Shown: positions 33,078-46,229 of the stretch, piece by piece
Layout of the letters: the number at the start of each line of letters is the position of its first letter
Numbering within the stretch: the stretch's first letter is position 1
Assembly (NCBI GenBank): GCA_965216325.1
Contig: OZ244160.1
Span: 1,760,001 to 1,824,000, forward strand
Length of the DNA: 64,000 nucleotides
Reading direction: 5' to 3'
Origin: Coraliomargarita sp.
GTDB lineage: Bacteria; Verrucomicrobiota; Verrucomicrobiia; Opitutales; Coraliomargaritaceae
Position numbers and translations under genes: made by a program
The notes under the pieces: generated by a model
Database searches by the model: none
What the model was told of the DNA's origin: nothing
The model's input: only the letters and a program-made list of their open reading frames with translations

Positions 33078-33713
33078 TTAATCCCAGATGAGAGCTTCAA
33101 CTGGTGTTGGGTTATAAGCGTTACAGGGGTTGTTGAGCTGTGGGCAGTTTGAGATCAGACACATAACATCACGCTCAGCTCTGAGTTCAACATAGCGCCC
33201 AGGCGCGGAGATTCCATCGGCGAACGTCAGTTTCCCTTCAGGTGTGACGGGCACATTCATGAAGAAATTAATATTACAGGTAATATCACGCTTACCAAGA
33301 TCAGGACCCCAGTGTTGGACACCGCAAATAAAGCTATCACGGCAGGCGTGCATGTGCTCCTTATCATGTGCATAGCGCATCGTATTACTTTCTCTTGAAC
33401 AGGCTCCGCCAAGCGTATCATGGCGGCCACATGTGTCAGCTACAATTCGTAGCAAAACATCGCCCTGTGTTGAAATAAGCTCCGTTCCAGTGGTCAAGTA
33501 GAGCGCTTGCTGTCGTTGAATCGTATCAGCCGCGCTATAGCGGTTTTCTGCGTCATGTGCATCGTAGAACAGTGTATCCGCTGCCTGATTTCCTTCGAGA
33601 TCAAGTATGCGCAGTGTCTGACCCTTCTTGATTTCATGTAGCCAGAAGTCTCCGGCCAAAATCACTTCACGATAAACGGCTGTTTCAGGATTGAGTGTGC
33701 TTTCGGTTAACAT
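33078..33713 (-). CDS. cgdB: urea carboxylase-associated protein 2 / carboxyguanidine deiminase subunit B (DUF1989)
   Basis: [34 protein letters not shown] and [12 protein letters not shown]. Confidence 0.9.
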   Translation of the reverse strand: MLTESTLNPETAVYREVILAGDFWLHEIKKGQTLRILDLEGNQAADTLFYDAHDAENRYSAADTIQRQQALYLTTGTELISTQGDVLLRIVADTCGRHDTLGGACSRESNTMRYAHDKEHMHACRDSFICGVQHWGPDLGKRDITCNINFFMNVPVTPEGKLTFADGISAPGRYVELRAERDVMCLISNCPQLNNPCNAYNPTPVEALIWD

Positions 33714-33725
33714 GGTGCTCTAGTC

Positions 33726-34475
33726 CTAAAATCTAAGTGTGTTATAATCTTCTGTATTCTCGAACGCTCGGACGTTTTCTGGTCGACAAATTCGGCACGG
33801 ATCCTCTGCCGTAGCCCGTTCATTCTTGAAGACCTCGAGTTTCACATGTCCGGGGTCATAGTCTGGATTGGGGTCCAGTGGATGTTGGCAGGTGTTGAGC
33901 ACTACAAGTGTATCCAATTCAAAGCGCAAGTCGACATAGCTCCCCGCCTTTGAGGCTCCACTCACATAACTAAGTTTACCTTCTTCATCAGATACAACTT
34001 TGCTAAACCAATTCAAATTCGGCACCAAGTCACGTTTACCAAGGCCCCACTTTGCAAGCTCGATCAAGAATGCGCGCTGTGCATCTCGGTGGCAATCATT
34101 GCGTGCTTCCTGATAATTTTTAACGCCATACTTAGCTTCTATCAGTTTCTCATCAGAGCAACCACACACAGTATCATGCCAGCCCATAGTATCTGCAGTG
34201 ATCGAACAAAACAAACGGCCCATATCTGAATGCACACAGTAAGGTGCAGTTAAATAGAAGATGTGCTGCCCCTTCAAGGTATCGGGCATATTGTAACGCT
34301 CATGCTTCTCATAAGCATTGTAGAGGAGCATACTGACATTGGCTTTGCCTTCGATATCAGTCATTCGCAGCGTCTTGCCGCGACCGATCACTTTGGACCA
34401 CATCGTCGCACCATGCAATTTCGTTTCGTATATTTTCTCGGTAGCACCAAGCGGATTGGGTATTTTTGTATTCAT
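33726..34475 (-). CDS. cgdA: urea carboxylase-associated protein 1 / carboxyguanidine deiminase subunit A (DUF1989)
   Basis: [34 protein letters not shown] and CQHPLDP. Start placed at ATG 34475. Confidence 0.9.
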   Translation of the reverse strand: MNTKIPNPLGATEKIYETKLHGATMWSKVIGRGKTLRMTDIEGKANVSMLLYNAYEKHERYNMPDTLKGQHIFYLTAPYCVHSDMGRLFCSITADTMGWHDTVCGCSDEKLIEAKYGVKNYQEARNDCHRDAQRAFLIELAKWGLGKRDLVPNLNWFSKVVSDEEGKLSYVSGASKAGSYVDLRFELDTLVVLNTCQHPLDPNPDYDPGHVKLEVFKNERATAEDPCRICRPENVRAFENTEDYNTLRF

Positions 34476-34498
34476 CTTTCGGATACGTTTGCAGAAAG

Positions 34499-35917
34499 TT
34501 AATATAGCCGCGCGTATTGATTGATCTCCCACTGGCTGATGCGCTGGTGGTATTGGCGCCACTCTTCAGATTTATATGTGATGAACTCATTGCGTAATTC
34601 ACTGCCAAGCACCTCCTCAACAAATGGGTCTGTGGCAAAAGCATGCACTGCTTCATCAAGACTCCGTGGCAGCTCACTGATACCACGCTCAGCGAGCTGA
34701 GCAGGTGACAGCTCGTAAAGATTGTCTTCTTGCGGATCACCCGGATCCAGTTGCTCTTTGATTCCCTGTAGGCCCGCGGCAAGCGCGAGTGCAGCCGCCA
34801 AGTATGGATTACAGGCCGCATCTGCATTACGCGATTCAACACGCCCGCCTGCCATCGGCACACGGAGCGAGTTGGTGCGGTTGTTACTACCATAGGAATT
34901 GAATACCGGAGCCCATGAGTAGTAGGGCATCAAGCCACGGCGCACCAAGCGCTTGTAGCTGTTGACCGTCGGGGCGAACGTCGCACACAAGGCTGGTCCA
35001 TGCTTCAATATACCGGCGCTGAACTGATAGCCCAAGTCTGTGAGCCCGAGGCCGCGTGGATCCTCCTCCTTTGAACATTTGAACAAGTTCTTCCCTGTCT
35101 TCTTGTCGTAGAGCGACATGTTGAAGTGCGCCCCACTGCCGGTCTTATCCGCAAACGGCTTCGGCATGAAGGTAGCAAGCAAACCTTCTTCCGCAGCATA
35201 ATGCTTAGCCATGTAACGGAAGAAGACAAAGCGGTCACACATGGTCAATGCATCGGCATATTTGAAGTCGAACTCAAACTGTGAATTTGCATCTTCATGA
35301 TCAAAGGAATACAACTCCCAGCCTAGATCATCGATAGTCGTTGCCATCTTATCGAGCCAGTCGTAACGATCCATGAATCGCTTAAAGTCGTAGCAGCTTT
35401 TCTCCAGATTATCGTCGCTATTCGGGATCTCGAGTTGCCCATCTTCGGTATGGCGGACCACGAACACCTCGCACTCGATGCCAAGATTCATACCGAAGCC
35501 CATTTCCTCTGCTTCCTTAAGAACCTTCTGCAGCACAACACGTGCATTCACCTCGTAAGGTTCTCCATGCAAAATGTTATCGGCTGGAATCCACGCCATC
35601 TCAGGGTTCCACGGCAGGGGAATGATCATTCCCAAGTCCGGAACAGAGGCGATTTCATCATCATTCGGACGCTGACCTAGACCATCTAAGGCATAGCCCG
35701 TGTAGAGCTCGGATCCATGAGCAAACTCTTCAAAGTGACTGAGTGGCACCACTTTGCCCTTAGGCACACCATGAATATCCACATAGTTGCCCGCACAATA
35801 CTTAACCCCAAGCTTTTCAAGTTCCGACTGAATCGCTCGGATCTGCTCGTCACTCCAGCGCTCCTCGCTGTAGAGATTACCCGCTGCTGTATTGTATTTG
35901 GCGTAGAATTCTTTCAT
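34499..35917 (-). CDS. type III glutamine synthetase-like gamma-glutamyl ligase (GlnT-type)
   Basis: [25 protein letters not shown]...[30 protein letters not shown] and CNPYL. Confidence 0.88.
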   Translation of the reverse strand: MKEFYAKYNTAAGNLYSEERWSDEQIRAIQSELEKLGVKYCAGNYVDIHGVPKGKVVPLSHFEEFAHGSELYTGYALDGLGQRPNDDEIASVPDLGMIIPLPWNPEMAWIPADNILHGEPYEVNARVVLQKVLKEAEEMGFGMNLGIECEVFVVRHTEDGQLEIPNSDDNLEKSCYDFKRFMDRYDWLDKMATTIDDLGWELYSFDHEDANSQFEFDFKYADALTMCDRFVFFRYMAKHYAAEEGLLATFMPKPFADKTGSGAHFNMSLYDKKTGKNLFKCSKEEDPRGLGLTDLGYQFSAGILKHGPALCATFAPTVNSYKRLVRRGLMPYYSWAPVFNSYGSNNRTNSLRVPMAGGRVESRNADAACNPYLAAALALAAGLQGIKEQLDPGDPQEDNLYELSPAQLAERGISELPRSLDEAVHAFATDPFVEEVLGSELRNEFITYKSEEWRQYHQRISQWEINQYARLY

Positions 35918-35930
35918 TTGTATTCAGATC

Positions 35931-36707
35931 TTAGATACGTTGAAAATACGATGTAGCGAGTGGTGCTTTCTCCACCAATCCTGCTTCAATACGTGTTGCT
36001 AGTTCGGTGACTATCTGCTCGAAGAGTCGTTCGCCTGCGCTCTGAGTTGCTTCACTTGGTTTGCCAGTCACACCATTTGTACTGGTGCGGTTAACCGGAT
36101 GCGCGAACACACAGTCAGCGGTTCGATCAGGATCATCCGAGCACTTTAGGAAATCAGGACGCACCATGCGTGGCGCAAGGGACATCATCAGGCTGGTTTC
36201 GGCAGCATTCGCATGCCAATCGTCACCATCTGTTGTGAAGGCAGCTTCTATTTCCGGCGAAAGATCACCATCATTAAAGGCTGCGATCATCAAATCATCA
36301 TACCGGCAGCGCATTGTGTCTAAAGCGCAGCGAACTGCAGCGGCATTGCCCACATGGCAATTAACCATGAACCATCGGCGGATACCAGCCTTATAGAGCC
36401 AATCACCAATATCGCAAAGAACCGCGATCATCGTTGTTGGGCTCAACGCCAAAGTCCCAGGCCAGCGGTGCGAATGACCAATCGAGCAGCCATAACCGAG
36501 GGTTGGTAACATTGGCACATTGGTGCGCTGTGCGACTTCACGGCACAGCTTATCAGCGAGGACACTATCCATGCCTGTTCCCAGATGAGGACCATGTTGC
36601 TCGGTCGCTCCCAGCGGCAGAATCGCGGCATCACAGCCACTCTTGATGGCATCAAGAATCTCTGGCCATGTCATCTCACTCCACTGACTGTTCATAAGCT
36701 CGGCCAT
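35931..36707 (-). CDS. creatininase/creatinine amidohydrolase family protein
   Basis: [30 protein letters not shown]...ETS and NGVTG.P. Confidence 0.9.
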   Translation of the reverse strand: MAELMNSQWSEMTWPEILDAIKSGCDAAILPLGATEQHGPHLGTGMDSVLADKLCREVAQRTNVPMLPTLGYGCSIGHSHRWPGTLALSPTTMIAVLCDIGDWLYKAGIRRWFMVNCHVGNAAAVRCALDTMRCRYDDLMIAAFNDGDLSPEIEAAFTTDGDDWHANAAETSLMMSLAPRMVRPDFLKCSDDPDRTADCVFAHPVNRTSTNGVTGKPSEATQSAGERLFEQIVTELATRIEAGLVEKAPLATSYFQRI

Positions 36708-36709
36708 GT

Positions 36710-37609
36710 TTATTCAACATCATCGTTCGCACTCGTCATACGCACCATTGGCAAGGCATGATCTTCGGCGTCTGTCTTTGGGTGAATTAAATCTTCGAGA
36801 CGTTGCTTGGTCGCAAGAAACTCGGGACTCAGCATACAGTCGGGTGTGCGTGGTCGTGGCACCGGCACTTCGATGAACTCGTGAATCTCGCCCGGGTTCG
36901 CCTTCAAAACCAAGATCCGGTCGGAGAGATAGATTGCTTCGTCCAAATCGTGTGTGACGAACATGATCGTGACGTCGACATTGCGCCAGATCTGCAGCAA
37001 GTGGGATTGCATCTGGCAGCGTGTGTGCGGATCCAACGCACCAAAAGGCTCATCCATAAAGAGAATCTGCGGCTGGTTTGCTAACGCACGGGCAATCGCA
37101 ACGCGTTGCTTCATACCTCCTGAGAGCTGACTAGGATACTTCTCAGCCGCATGTGCGAGGCCAACAAGTTCGATCCACTGCAGCGCTTCTTGCTCAACGG
37201 CGGTGCCGGAACGTCCGTTGACTTCTAGGCCAAACATTACGTTCTTTTTCACACTCAGCCATGGAAAGAGTGTATAGCCCTGGAAGACCATACCACGGTC
37301 CGCACCCGGGCCGCTTGGCTCTTCACCATCGAGAAGGAAACTACCACCTGAAAGCGTTTCCAAACCAGCAAGCATACGAATCAGTGTCGACTTACCGCAA
37401 CCCGACGGTCCAATCACCGAAATGAACTCGCGGCGATGCATGTTAAATTCAATCGGGCTGAGCACATCGACGGTGCCCTTGGCAGTGGTGAAGCTCTTGC
37501 TAACACCTTTAACCTCCAGCTTTATTGGTCGCTTGTATATCTCGGCGAACCGTGCACGGACGGCTTCGCTTTGCTCTTTGTAGCTCGGTAGTTCGATTAC
37601 ATCGTTCAT
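36710..37609 (-). CDS. NitT/TauT-family ABC transporter ATP-binding protein
   Basis: [36 protein letters not shown] and VTHD. Confidence 0.95.
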   Translation of the reverse strand: MNDVIELPSYKEQSEAVRARFAEIYKRPIKLEVKGVSKSFTTAKGTVDVLSPIEFNMHRREFISVIGPSGCGKSTLIRMLAGLETLSGGSFLLDGEEPSGPGADRGMVFQGYTLFPWLSVKKNVMFGLEVNGRSGTAVEQEALQWIELVGLAHAAEKYPSQLSGGMKQRVAIARALANQPQILFMDEPFGALDPHTRCQMQSHLLQIWRNVDVTIMFVTHDLDEAIYLSDRILVLKANPGEIHEFIEVPVPRPRTPDCMLSPEFLATKQRLEDLIHPKTDAEDHALPMVRMTSANDDVE

Positions 37610-37612
37610 TGC

Positions 37613-38998
37613 TTATGCCTTTCCGTTAACAGGTGAGTCGTAGACCTTGCGGTCGAAAATCCAGAAGAAGAATCGTCCAATCAAACCGTGCTTCTTTTCA
37701 GAGGCTTCCGGTGTCCATGGGAAGAGATACTTTCGCAGGGATGAGAGGATTTGGTCGGTCGTGAAACCGGTGATACCAATTAGAATGATGATCGGGAACA
37801 CACTATCGAAGTTGCGCCAGCGGCCTTGCGTCTCGAGGAACTCAGTCAAACCACTCTTCACACCAATGAGCTCCGCAATCACCAGCCAAGTCCAAGCCCA
37901 GCCGAGCAAGATTCGTAGGTCATTAAATAAATTCGGCGTAATCCCCGGTAAAATAACACGACGAATAAGTGTCATGTTCTTCGCGCCGAGTGTTTGGGCG
38001 GCTTCAATCAGAGAGGCATCGAGTTGACGCGTTGTATTCGCGACCACCAGCACGAGTTGGAAGAAGGTGCCGACAAAGACCAAGGCGATCTTGGGTGCGT
38101 CATGCGCGAGAAAGATTGCAACCAAGAGCGTGCTGAACGCCGGTGCTGGCATATAGCGGAAGAAATCGATAAAGGGCTCAAAGAGACGAGAAAAAAAATC
38201 AAAGGTCCCACAGAGAACGCCAAGTGGCACACCGAACAAAGCCGCCATCAAGAAACCGAGGAAGACGATCTTCAGCGAGTGTTTATAGCGCTCAAACATG
38301 GATGGCTTGTCCCCATCCGAAGTGAAGGTGAAATCGTCGATACCCTTGAGCATTACCTCGTGTGGTGCAGGTAGATAAACTGGATTGGCCGACTTTCCTT
38401 GCGGAACCAACTTTTCAAGTGGTGTTTCTGGTAGCAACTTCGAGGCAAACTCCGGCGAACGCTCCGACATCAAGACCCAGTTGCGCTCGATGATCGAACG
38501 GTTCTCGTCGGTGAACTTGACCTTCGTTTCCTCCAGTTCCCCTTCAGCAACATCACGCCAGACATAATAAAGTAATTCATCCTGATCCTTTTCATCCTTG
38601 GTTAGCCACCCATTGGCCACTGCAACTGATGAGATGTGTCGCATCTTCTTAACATTTGCACGGCGGATTCGCGAAGCGCTGCCTTCGACCTCATCGGACT
38701 GACGGGCTTCTAGGATGGCCGTGTTATCGGATTGAATTGCAGCGACAAACTCTGGGAAATAATCCTTCGATAAGTGATCTCCCGAAGTGAATACAGTCGT
38801 TACATCCTCACGATCTGCAGAGATCTGCAACTTTACATCTGGATGCCAAATAAATGGTGTGTAGCTAACAAATGCCCAAACAAGCAATGGCAGCATAAAC
38901 GACAAGATTGTCAGGAGAGTGCGGCGTTTCGCACTGAGCTCTTTGCGTATGGCAAACCAAGATGGCTGAGCTTTCTTACTGTTTTTTGCGATACTCAT
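37613..38998 (-). CDS. NitT/TauT-family ABC transporter permease with a large extracytoplasmic insert
   Basis: [22 protein letters not shown] (EAA loop) and WTWLVIAE; 461 aa. Confidence 0.92.
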   Translation of the reverse strand: MSIAKNSKKAQPSWFAIRKELSAKRRTLLTILSFMLPLLVWAFVSYTPFIWHPDVKLQISADREDVTTVFTSGDHLSKDYFPEFVAAIQSDNTAILEARQSDEVEGSASRIRRANVKKMRHISSVAVANGWLTKDEKDQDELLYYVWRDVAEGELEETKVKFTDENRSIIERNWVLMSERSPEFASKLLPETPLEKLVPQGKSANPVYLPAPHEVMLKGIDDFTFTSDGDKPSMFERYKHSLKIVFLGFLMAALFGVPLGVLCGTFDFFSRLFEPFIDFFRYMPAPAFSTLLVAIFLAHDAPKIALVFVGTFFQLVLVVANTTRQLDASLIEAAQTLGAKNMTLIRRVILPGITPNLFNDLRILLGWAWTWLVIAELIGVKSGLTEFLETQGRWRNFDSVFPIIILIGITGFTTDQILSSLRKYLFPWTPEASEKKHGLIGRFFFWIFDRKVYDSPVNGKA

Positions 38999-39034
38999 GC
39001 AGAGATTGTTGCAGATCAGTCCTTACTTTTGGGC

Positions 39035-39066
39035 AAAAAGAAGGCGGGCCGGGTCCGGCCCGCCTT
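39035..39066 (-). terminator. intra-operon terminator/stabilising hairpin after the substrate-binding protein gene
   Basis: AAGGCGGGCCGG..CCGGCCCGCCTT followed by CTTTTT on the minus strand. Confidence 0.75.
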
Positions 39067-39106
39067 GAACACTAACTAACCAATAGGTTAAAAAAGGGTA
39101 AGTGGA

Positions 39107-40108
39107 TTACTTGAGCGACTCTGCGTATTCGAGCACCAGACTTGGGTCCAGATACTTGTCGGTATCGAGGTTTTCCTCGTAAACGCCCTGGTCGACATTG
39201 AACTGGTCAGCGATTACAGTGGAACCGTAAACCGAACCGAGGCCTTCAGCCTTCTTCCAAATTGGAAGCGCTTCTTCGAGACTCAGGATGTATGTGCCTT
39301 CGAAGAAGGGTTCGTATTCTTCAGGTGAAATTTCAACACGTGCTGCAAGGATCTCGAGTGCCTCATCGAGGTTGTCTTCATCCTTGAGGAAATCGACGAT
39401 CTTATACCAGACCTTCACGACCTTCGCCCAATCATCGCGACGCTTTTCAAGGCTTTCTGGGTCAACCGAAAGCAGATCGTAAATGATACCCGGTGCGTCC
39501 GCAGAGGTCAGCACAGGTGTGGAACCTGGAACCGTCTTGAGCGCTTGACCGGAGTTTGGCTGCCATGCACCAATGGCGTCGACCGCGCCAGATGCAAGCA
39601 CCTGTGGTGTTTCGTTGGTTGGAACGTTGACGATTTCAAACTCGGAAGGATCGATACCTGCGAGCTCAGCACCCTTAAGAAGTAGAAGATGAATCACGAA
39701 ACCTTCTTCGAGGCCAATCTTCTTACCCTTGAGGTCTGCCAGTGTTTTGATACCCGGCGCTGCAACGACCATGTCGTTACCATTTGAGTAGTCGTTGATG
39801 ATAATGCCGACCGAAGGCTTACCAGTACCTCCGGTAACGAGTGCATCACCATTGGTCATCGTCACTGCATCAATAAGGCCAGCGGCGTAAGCATCCATCG
39901 ACGCGACATAGTCCATCCATTGAAATTCGACCGCAATGCCTTCTTCTTCAAACCAGCCCTTATCGATACCGATTTGCCAAGCGACCCATCCCGGCCAGTC
40001 GCTGTAGCCGATCTTAAGTGGTTCTTTGGCGGACAGTGCAGAGCCGACGAAGAGGCTCGTAACACAGAGGAGAGTAGCCTTGAAGGCCGAGGTCTTGATT
40101 TTGAACAT
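39107..40108 (-). CDS. NitT/TauT-family ABC transporter substrate-binding protein
   Basis: Signal peptide; [24 protein letters not shown] and VDAIGAWQP. Start placed at ATG 40108. Confidence 0.92.
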   Translation of the reverse strand: MFKIKTSAFKATLLCVTSLFVGSALSAKEPLKIGYSDWPGWVAWQIGIDKGWFEEEGIAVEFQWMDYVASMDAYAAGLIDAVTMTNGDALVTGGTGKPSVGIIINDYSNGNDMVVAAPGIKTLADLKGKKIGLEEGFVIHLLLLKGAELAGIDPSEFEIVNVPTNETPQVLASGAVDAIGAWQPNSGQALKTVPGSTPVLTSADAPGIIYDLLSVDPESLEKRRDDWAKVVKVWYKIVDFLKDEDNLDEALEILAARVEISPEEYEPFFEGTYILSLEEALPIWKKAEGLGSVYGSTVIADQFNVDQGVYEENLDTDKYLDPSLVLEYAESLK

Positions 40109-40195
40109 GATCAATTTCCTTAGATGTGTAGCTAGTAAGTCTTTCTCGTAGAGAACACGTCCTTCGACAGATCGGCCGAAGACAGGCACAGGATT

Positions 40196-40212
40196 TGCAG
40201 AAAGCATGCCAA
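40196..40212 (-). promoter_or_regulatory. sigma54 (-24/-12) promoter for the ABC-uca operon
   Basis: The minus strand reads TTGGCATGCTTTCTGCA, i.e. GG-N10-GC, about 90 nt upstream of the start codon. Confidence 0.65.
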
Positions 40213-40233
40213 CCCTCGAAAAGTGTTGAAAAA

Positions 40234-40261
40234 GTAATATGAATAAACCTGAAAGTATTAC
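40234..40261. promoter_or_regulatory. NikR-type operator
   Basis: Perfect GTAATA-N16-TATTAC palindrome with the same geometry as the E. coli NikR site GTATGA-N16-TCATAC, between the operon and the divergent regulator. Confidence 0.7.
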
Positions 40262-40287
40262 GATTTTCTAAACTCACAGCTATTCGT

Positions 40288-40743
40288 ATGACGATGGACA
40301 AAAATGATCATAAGGCGACTGCCGCCCGTATCAGTGTTTCGCTACCTCCACAGCTTGCCGCAGCGCTTGACAGGATGATTGAAGAGCGTGGCTTCCATAA
40401 TCGCTCGCAAGCGATTGCGGATATGATTCAGCAACAGCTAATTGAGCATCAGCAGGAGAAAAGCGATGCGGTCATGGCTGGCACGATCACGCTCATCTAC
40501 AATACTGCCAAGCCTGAACTCTTACAGAAGCTAACGCGTATTCAGCGTGAGCACATCCAAGAATGTATCAGCAGCCAGCATGTGCAGTTGGAAGGCGATT
40601 ACATCATGGAAGTTGTCTTGGTCCAAGGCCCGGTGCAGCGACTTCGTGAGATCACCGACCGTATGATCACCTGTAAAGGCGTCAGTTTCGGACGGCTGAC
40701 GCTCACAGATAAACTGATTCCGCAGGTGCACGGCCGCGGATAA
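40288..40743 (+). CDS. NikR-fold ribbon-helix-helix transcriptional regulator
   Basis: RISVSLP..L...LD.MIEERGF.NRSQAI.D (RHH) plus an ACT-like C-terminal domain GTITLIY...HV.L....MEV....G. Confidence 0.88.
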   Translation: MTMDKNDHKATAARISVSLPPQLAAALDRMIEERGFHNRSQAIADMIQQQLIEHQQEKSDAVMAGTITLIYNTAKPELLQKLTRIQREHIQECISSQHVQLEGDYIMEVVLVQGPVQRLREITDRMITCKGVSFGRLTLTDKLIPQVHGRG

Positions 40744-40928
40744 TTGCGCATTTCTGCAAATGCTTTTCATATTATGCAGTATTCCTCGGAAACAACTTGG
40801 CGTAAATTTGGATCTTTTAACGCGCTTCATCCGATGCATGACTGTATTTCACCCTATCAAATAGAGTCGGCACTTGCGTTTGGAAGCGGATCACATTTTT
40901 TCGGCAAATCACTAACCCACAGAATACT

Positions 40929-42434
<1,506 letters not shown>

Positions 42435-42478
42435 TTCGATGTAACGGCGGGCGCCCCATGGCACGCCCCTAATTTTTC

Positions 42479-42507
42479 AAAGCCTCCCGGAAACGGGGGG
42501 CTTTTTT
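42479..42507 (+). terminator. rho-independent terminator of gnd
   Basis: AAAGCCTCCCG-GAAA-CGGGGGGCTTT followed by a T-run. Confidence 0.85.
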
Positions 42508-42639
42508 CGTATCAGAATTCCTTTAGATCAGCTGTAAAATGCGTGCAGGCGATCAGCATCTCAAGCTAGACAATGTGATCGCGTATTAGTGCCCTCGCAT
42601 TCAAAGATCAATAAACTCAGCGAACTAACAAATTATCAG

Positions 42640-43524
42640 TTAGGATACCGACTTCCCGAAGTAGGACAACAGCCACATTTCTTTCCACAGACGATAACGG
42701 CCATTGTAGGTAATCTGTCCCTCTTCTTCCTGATGCATACGGTGCACCAAAAAGCCGTAATCCGTATTTAACCGCTCCAAGATCCGTTGCTGCTCATTGA
42801 TTTCCTCAAGCGGTGTATCTTCGAAAGGAATCGATATCATATTCGACTTAAGCAGGCGCTTGTAATGATAATTAAGCAATCGTGGCAGACGGCCTATTAG
42901 CGGCTTCCTAGACTGATTCCAGGCCTCTGGATAGTAACCACCAAAGGGCAAGAAATGATTGTCGGTAATCAGGCGCTGTCCGTCCTCACCAATCGTGCTA
43001 ATTGTATAACAAGCAGCGGCGTCTCCCTTACGTTTCGGAACAAAAAGCACCTGAATACGGGTTAACTGATCATCGCTTTCGTAAACCGAAGCACGTAAAA
43101 ATGTATCTTCAAAAAGCTCAGCCTTAAGCGCACAGACAGGCTTAAAGTCCTGCTTTCGCAACCAATCCTTTAATTCGATAAGCTCCTTATCGACAGGCCA
43201 TTCATCCCCATCATGGTTCACTCTAAAACTCGGAAACAATGGTAGATCGCTATTGCTGAGTGCTTTGATCGCAATCCAGTTGTAGCCAGTCTCCAACAAA
43301 AACCAAATACACAGTCCAGTGACAAAATGCACCCAATCCGGCCGCAAGGATAGTTCTGTAGCACGCAGAATAAAGGCAAAGATCGCTGCAAATAAAAACC
43401 AACGCATCCAGCGTGCGAGCACGTTCAACACTGGAAGTTGCACACGCCCACCGAGAATGGGTAAGAAAATCGCAAGCAAGGCACAGGCTAGAAGCAGGTA
43501 TTCGACTGTAGTTTCGTTAAGCAT
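42640..43524 (-). CDS. hypothetical membrane protein
   Basis: 294-aa ORF with three N-terminal TM helices, downstream of dnaN. Confidence 0.75.
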   Translation of the reverse strand: MLNETTVEYLLLACALLAIFLPILGGRVQLPVLNVLARWMRWFLFAAIFAFILRATELSLRPDWVHFVTGLCIWFLLETGYNWIAIKALSNSDLPLFPSFRVNHDGDEWPVDKELIELKDWLRKQDFKPVCALKAELFEDTFLRASVYESDDQLTRIQVLFVPKRKGDAAACYTISTIGEDGQRLITDNHFLPFGGYYPEAWNQSRKPLIGRLPRLLNYHYKRLLKSNMISIPFEDTPLEEINEQQRILERLNTDYGFLVHRMHQEEEGQITYNGRYRLWKEMWLLSYFGKSVS

Positions 43525-43530
43525 TTAATG

Positions 43531-43559
43531 AAAAAGGACGACCACTCAGGCCGTCCTTT
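43531..43559 (-). terminator. terminator after dnaN
   Basis: AAAGGACGG...TCGTCCTTTTT on the minus strand. Confidence 0.6.
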
Positions 43560-43589
43560 GGAAAATGAACAGTGAACGGAGTTCCCTAA

Positions 43590-44717
<1,128 letters not shown>

Positions 44718-44755
44718 GGTGAGATTTGTCGGGTTTTTACGGAGTTGTGGCAATC

Positions 44756-44986
44756 CTTATATAATAGATACCTTTTTAATTAATTAATCTCTCAGTAACA
44801 GTATATGTGGTGAACGGTGAGGAAAACTCATCAAGTATTTGCGGGCAAGTTATTTAGAGCAGATTTTTGGTGTGAAGAAGGTGGTTAAGAAAATGTGGCG
44901 GAGGTGAATGATGGGAATAAGTTTTTTTACGTTCACAGTAAGTTCACGACAGTTCACGTTCTATTCACAGCTTACTCACACTGGTT
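44756..44986. other. putative chromosomal replication origin (oriC)
   Basis: AT-rich stretch, DnaA-trio-like TACTGTTACT and clustered degenerate DnaA-box-like 9-mers directly upstream of dnaN. Strand composition changes across this point. Confidence 0.65.
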
Positions 44987-45838
44987 TTAGGCTGATTTTA
45001 GACGTTTTCGGGCGCGGTAAATTCGGAATATGTGACGCACAGGGCCGTATGCGATGTAGACGAAGAACAGGATGGCAAAGAAGAACTCCTTGAAGAAGAA
45101 GGCAGTGCCGAGTCCCAGTATGAGGCCAATAAAGGTTCTGAATTTGGTTTGGGTGTGCCAATCAACGTCCTTGAAACTTGGATACGGAATGTTACTTACC
45201 ATTAAGAACGCGATTGCCAACATGAAGGGAGGAATCAAGAGGGCTAGACCCCGCGAGTCGAAGTTGGGAGTCTCCAAACTGGTGATGACAAGGACCAGTG
45301 AAGCGATCATGCCCGCCGCTGCCGGAACCGGTAGGCCGAGAAAGTCTTTGGTGCCTTTGAGTTGCTCAGCGGGTGGTAATAACGGGCTGGTTAAGACATT
45401 GAAACGTGATAAGCGGACTGCTGCGCATAGAAGATAGATAAATCCGATCAGCCAACCAAGTTGCTGGAAAAATGGATATTCCTGAGTTGGAGAGAGGATC
45501 AGGAAAATCATCATTAATGCAGGCGCTACGCCGAAGGAGATGATGTCGGCGATCGAATCGAACTCTTTACCAAAGAGTGATTCGCGTCCACCAAGACGGG
45601 CGACTCGGCCATCCAGAGCGTCGCAAATGACGCCAAACAAAATGAACCAAACAGCCTGAGTATAATTCTGAGAAACGATCGCCGGGTCTGTTTCGTAATT
45701 GGCCTGAATACAACGCAGTATTGCTAGAAAGCCAAAGAAGAGATTACCGGCTGTGAGACTGTTGGGTAGCAAGTAAATGTGACTTGCTTCACCCGTATCG
45801 GCATATTGGTGCGGTTTTTTTTCGGGAGTGTCAGACAT
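44987..45838 (-). CDS. pssA: CDP-diacylglycerol--serine O-phosphatidyltransferase
   Basis: LPNSLT..NL, DALDGRVAR....SLFGKEFDSIAD..SFGVAPA, RLSRFN and FLGLPVP. Confidence 0.93.
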   Translation of the reverse strand: MSDTPEKKPHQYADTGEASHIYLLPNSLTAGNLFFGFLAILRCIQANYETDPAIVSQNYTQAVWFILFGVICDALDGRVARLGGRESLFGKEFDSIADIISFGVAPALMMIFLILSPTQEYPFFQQLGWLIGFIYLLCAAVRLSRFNVLTSPLLPPAEQLKGTKDFLGLPVPAAAGMIASLVLVITSLETPNFDSRGLALLIPPFMLAIAFLMVSNIPYPSFKDVDWHTQTKFRTFIGLILGLGTAFFFKEFFFAILFFVYIAYGPVRHIFRIYRARKRLKSA

Positions 45839-45866
45839 GCAAATTTAGCACATTAACAGAGAGAGG

Positions 45867-46229
45867 CTAGTCTTCCTGCTTGTGGCGCAACGAGTCCAGA
45901 TACTTCCAGAATGAGTCGTGCTGTTCGACTAGGAAGTCTTCTGTTACAGGTAGTTTGGAACGAAACACGAAATCAGCGAAGGTGTTGCGGTGCAGGATGT
46001 AGTGCGCCAGCAATGCCTCGCCTTGTGGCTCAAAGTAAATGCGAAATTCGCCCGCCCGCACACGGTAGTAAGTCTTACCGTTACGGTGGAAACAACCGAG
46101 CTCGTCGTTTGGATTGTCGAGCTGTTCCTGTGTGAGCGAACTGACGACCTCCACCAGGAGCATTTGAGAACGGGTATCGAGCTGATTGAGCTCGTGCATG
46201 CTTTGTTCGCTGAAATTGACTTGAAACAT
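45867..46229 (-). CDS. RelE/ParE-fold protein without an adjacent antitoxin
   Basis: FQVNFSEQS..EL..L ... YYRVRAGEFRIYF resembles RelE-family toxins. Confidence 0.65.
   Translation of the reverse strand: MFQVNFSEQSMHELNQLDTRSQMLLVEVVSSLTQEQLDNPNDELGCFHRNGKTYYRVRAGEFRIYFEPQGEALLAHYILHRNTFADFVFRSKLPVTEDFLVEQHDSFWKYLDSLRHKQED

Noticed and set aside
40109..40195. Guanidine-II (ACGR twin hairpin) or guanidine-I riboswitch in the operon leader
   Set aside because: Hairpins exist (CTTCGGC/GTCGAAG and TTCTC-TAC-GAGAA), but the ACGA is not a stem-closed tetraloop, there is no second ACGR hairpin, and the ykkC 3' consensus is missing.
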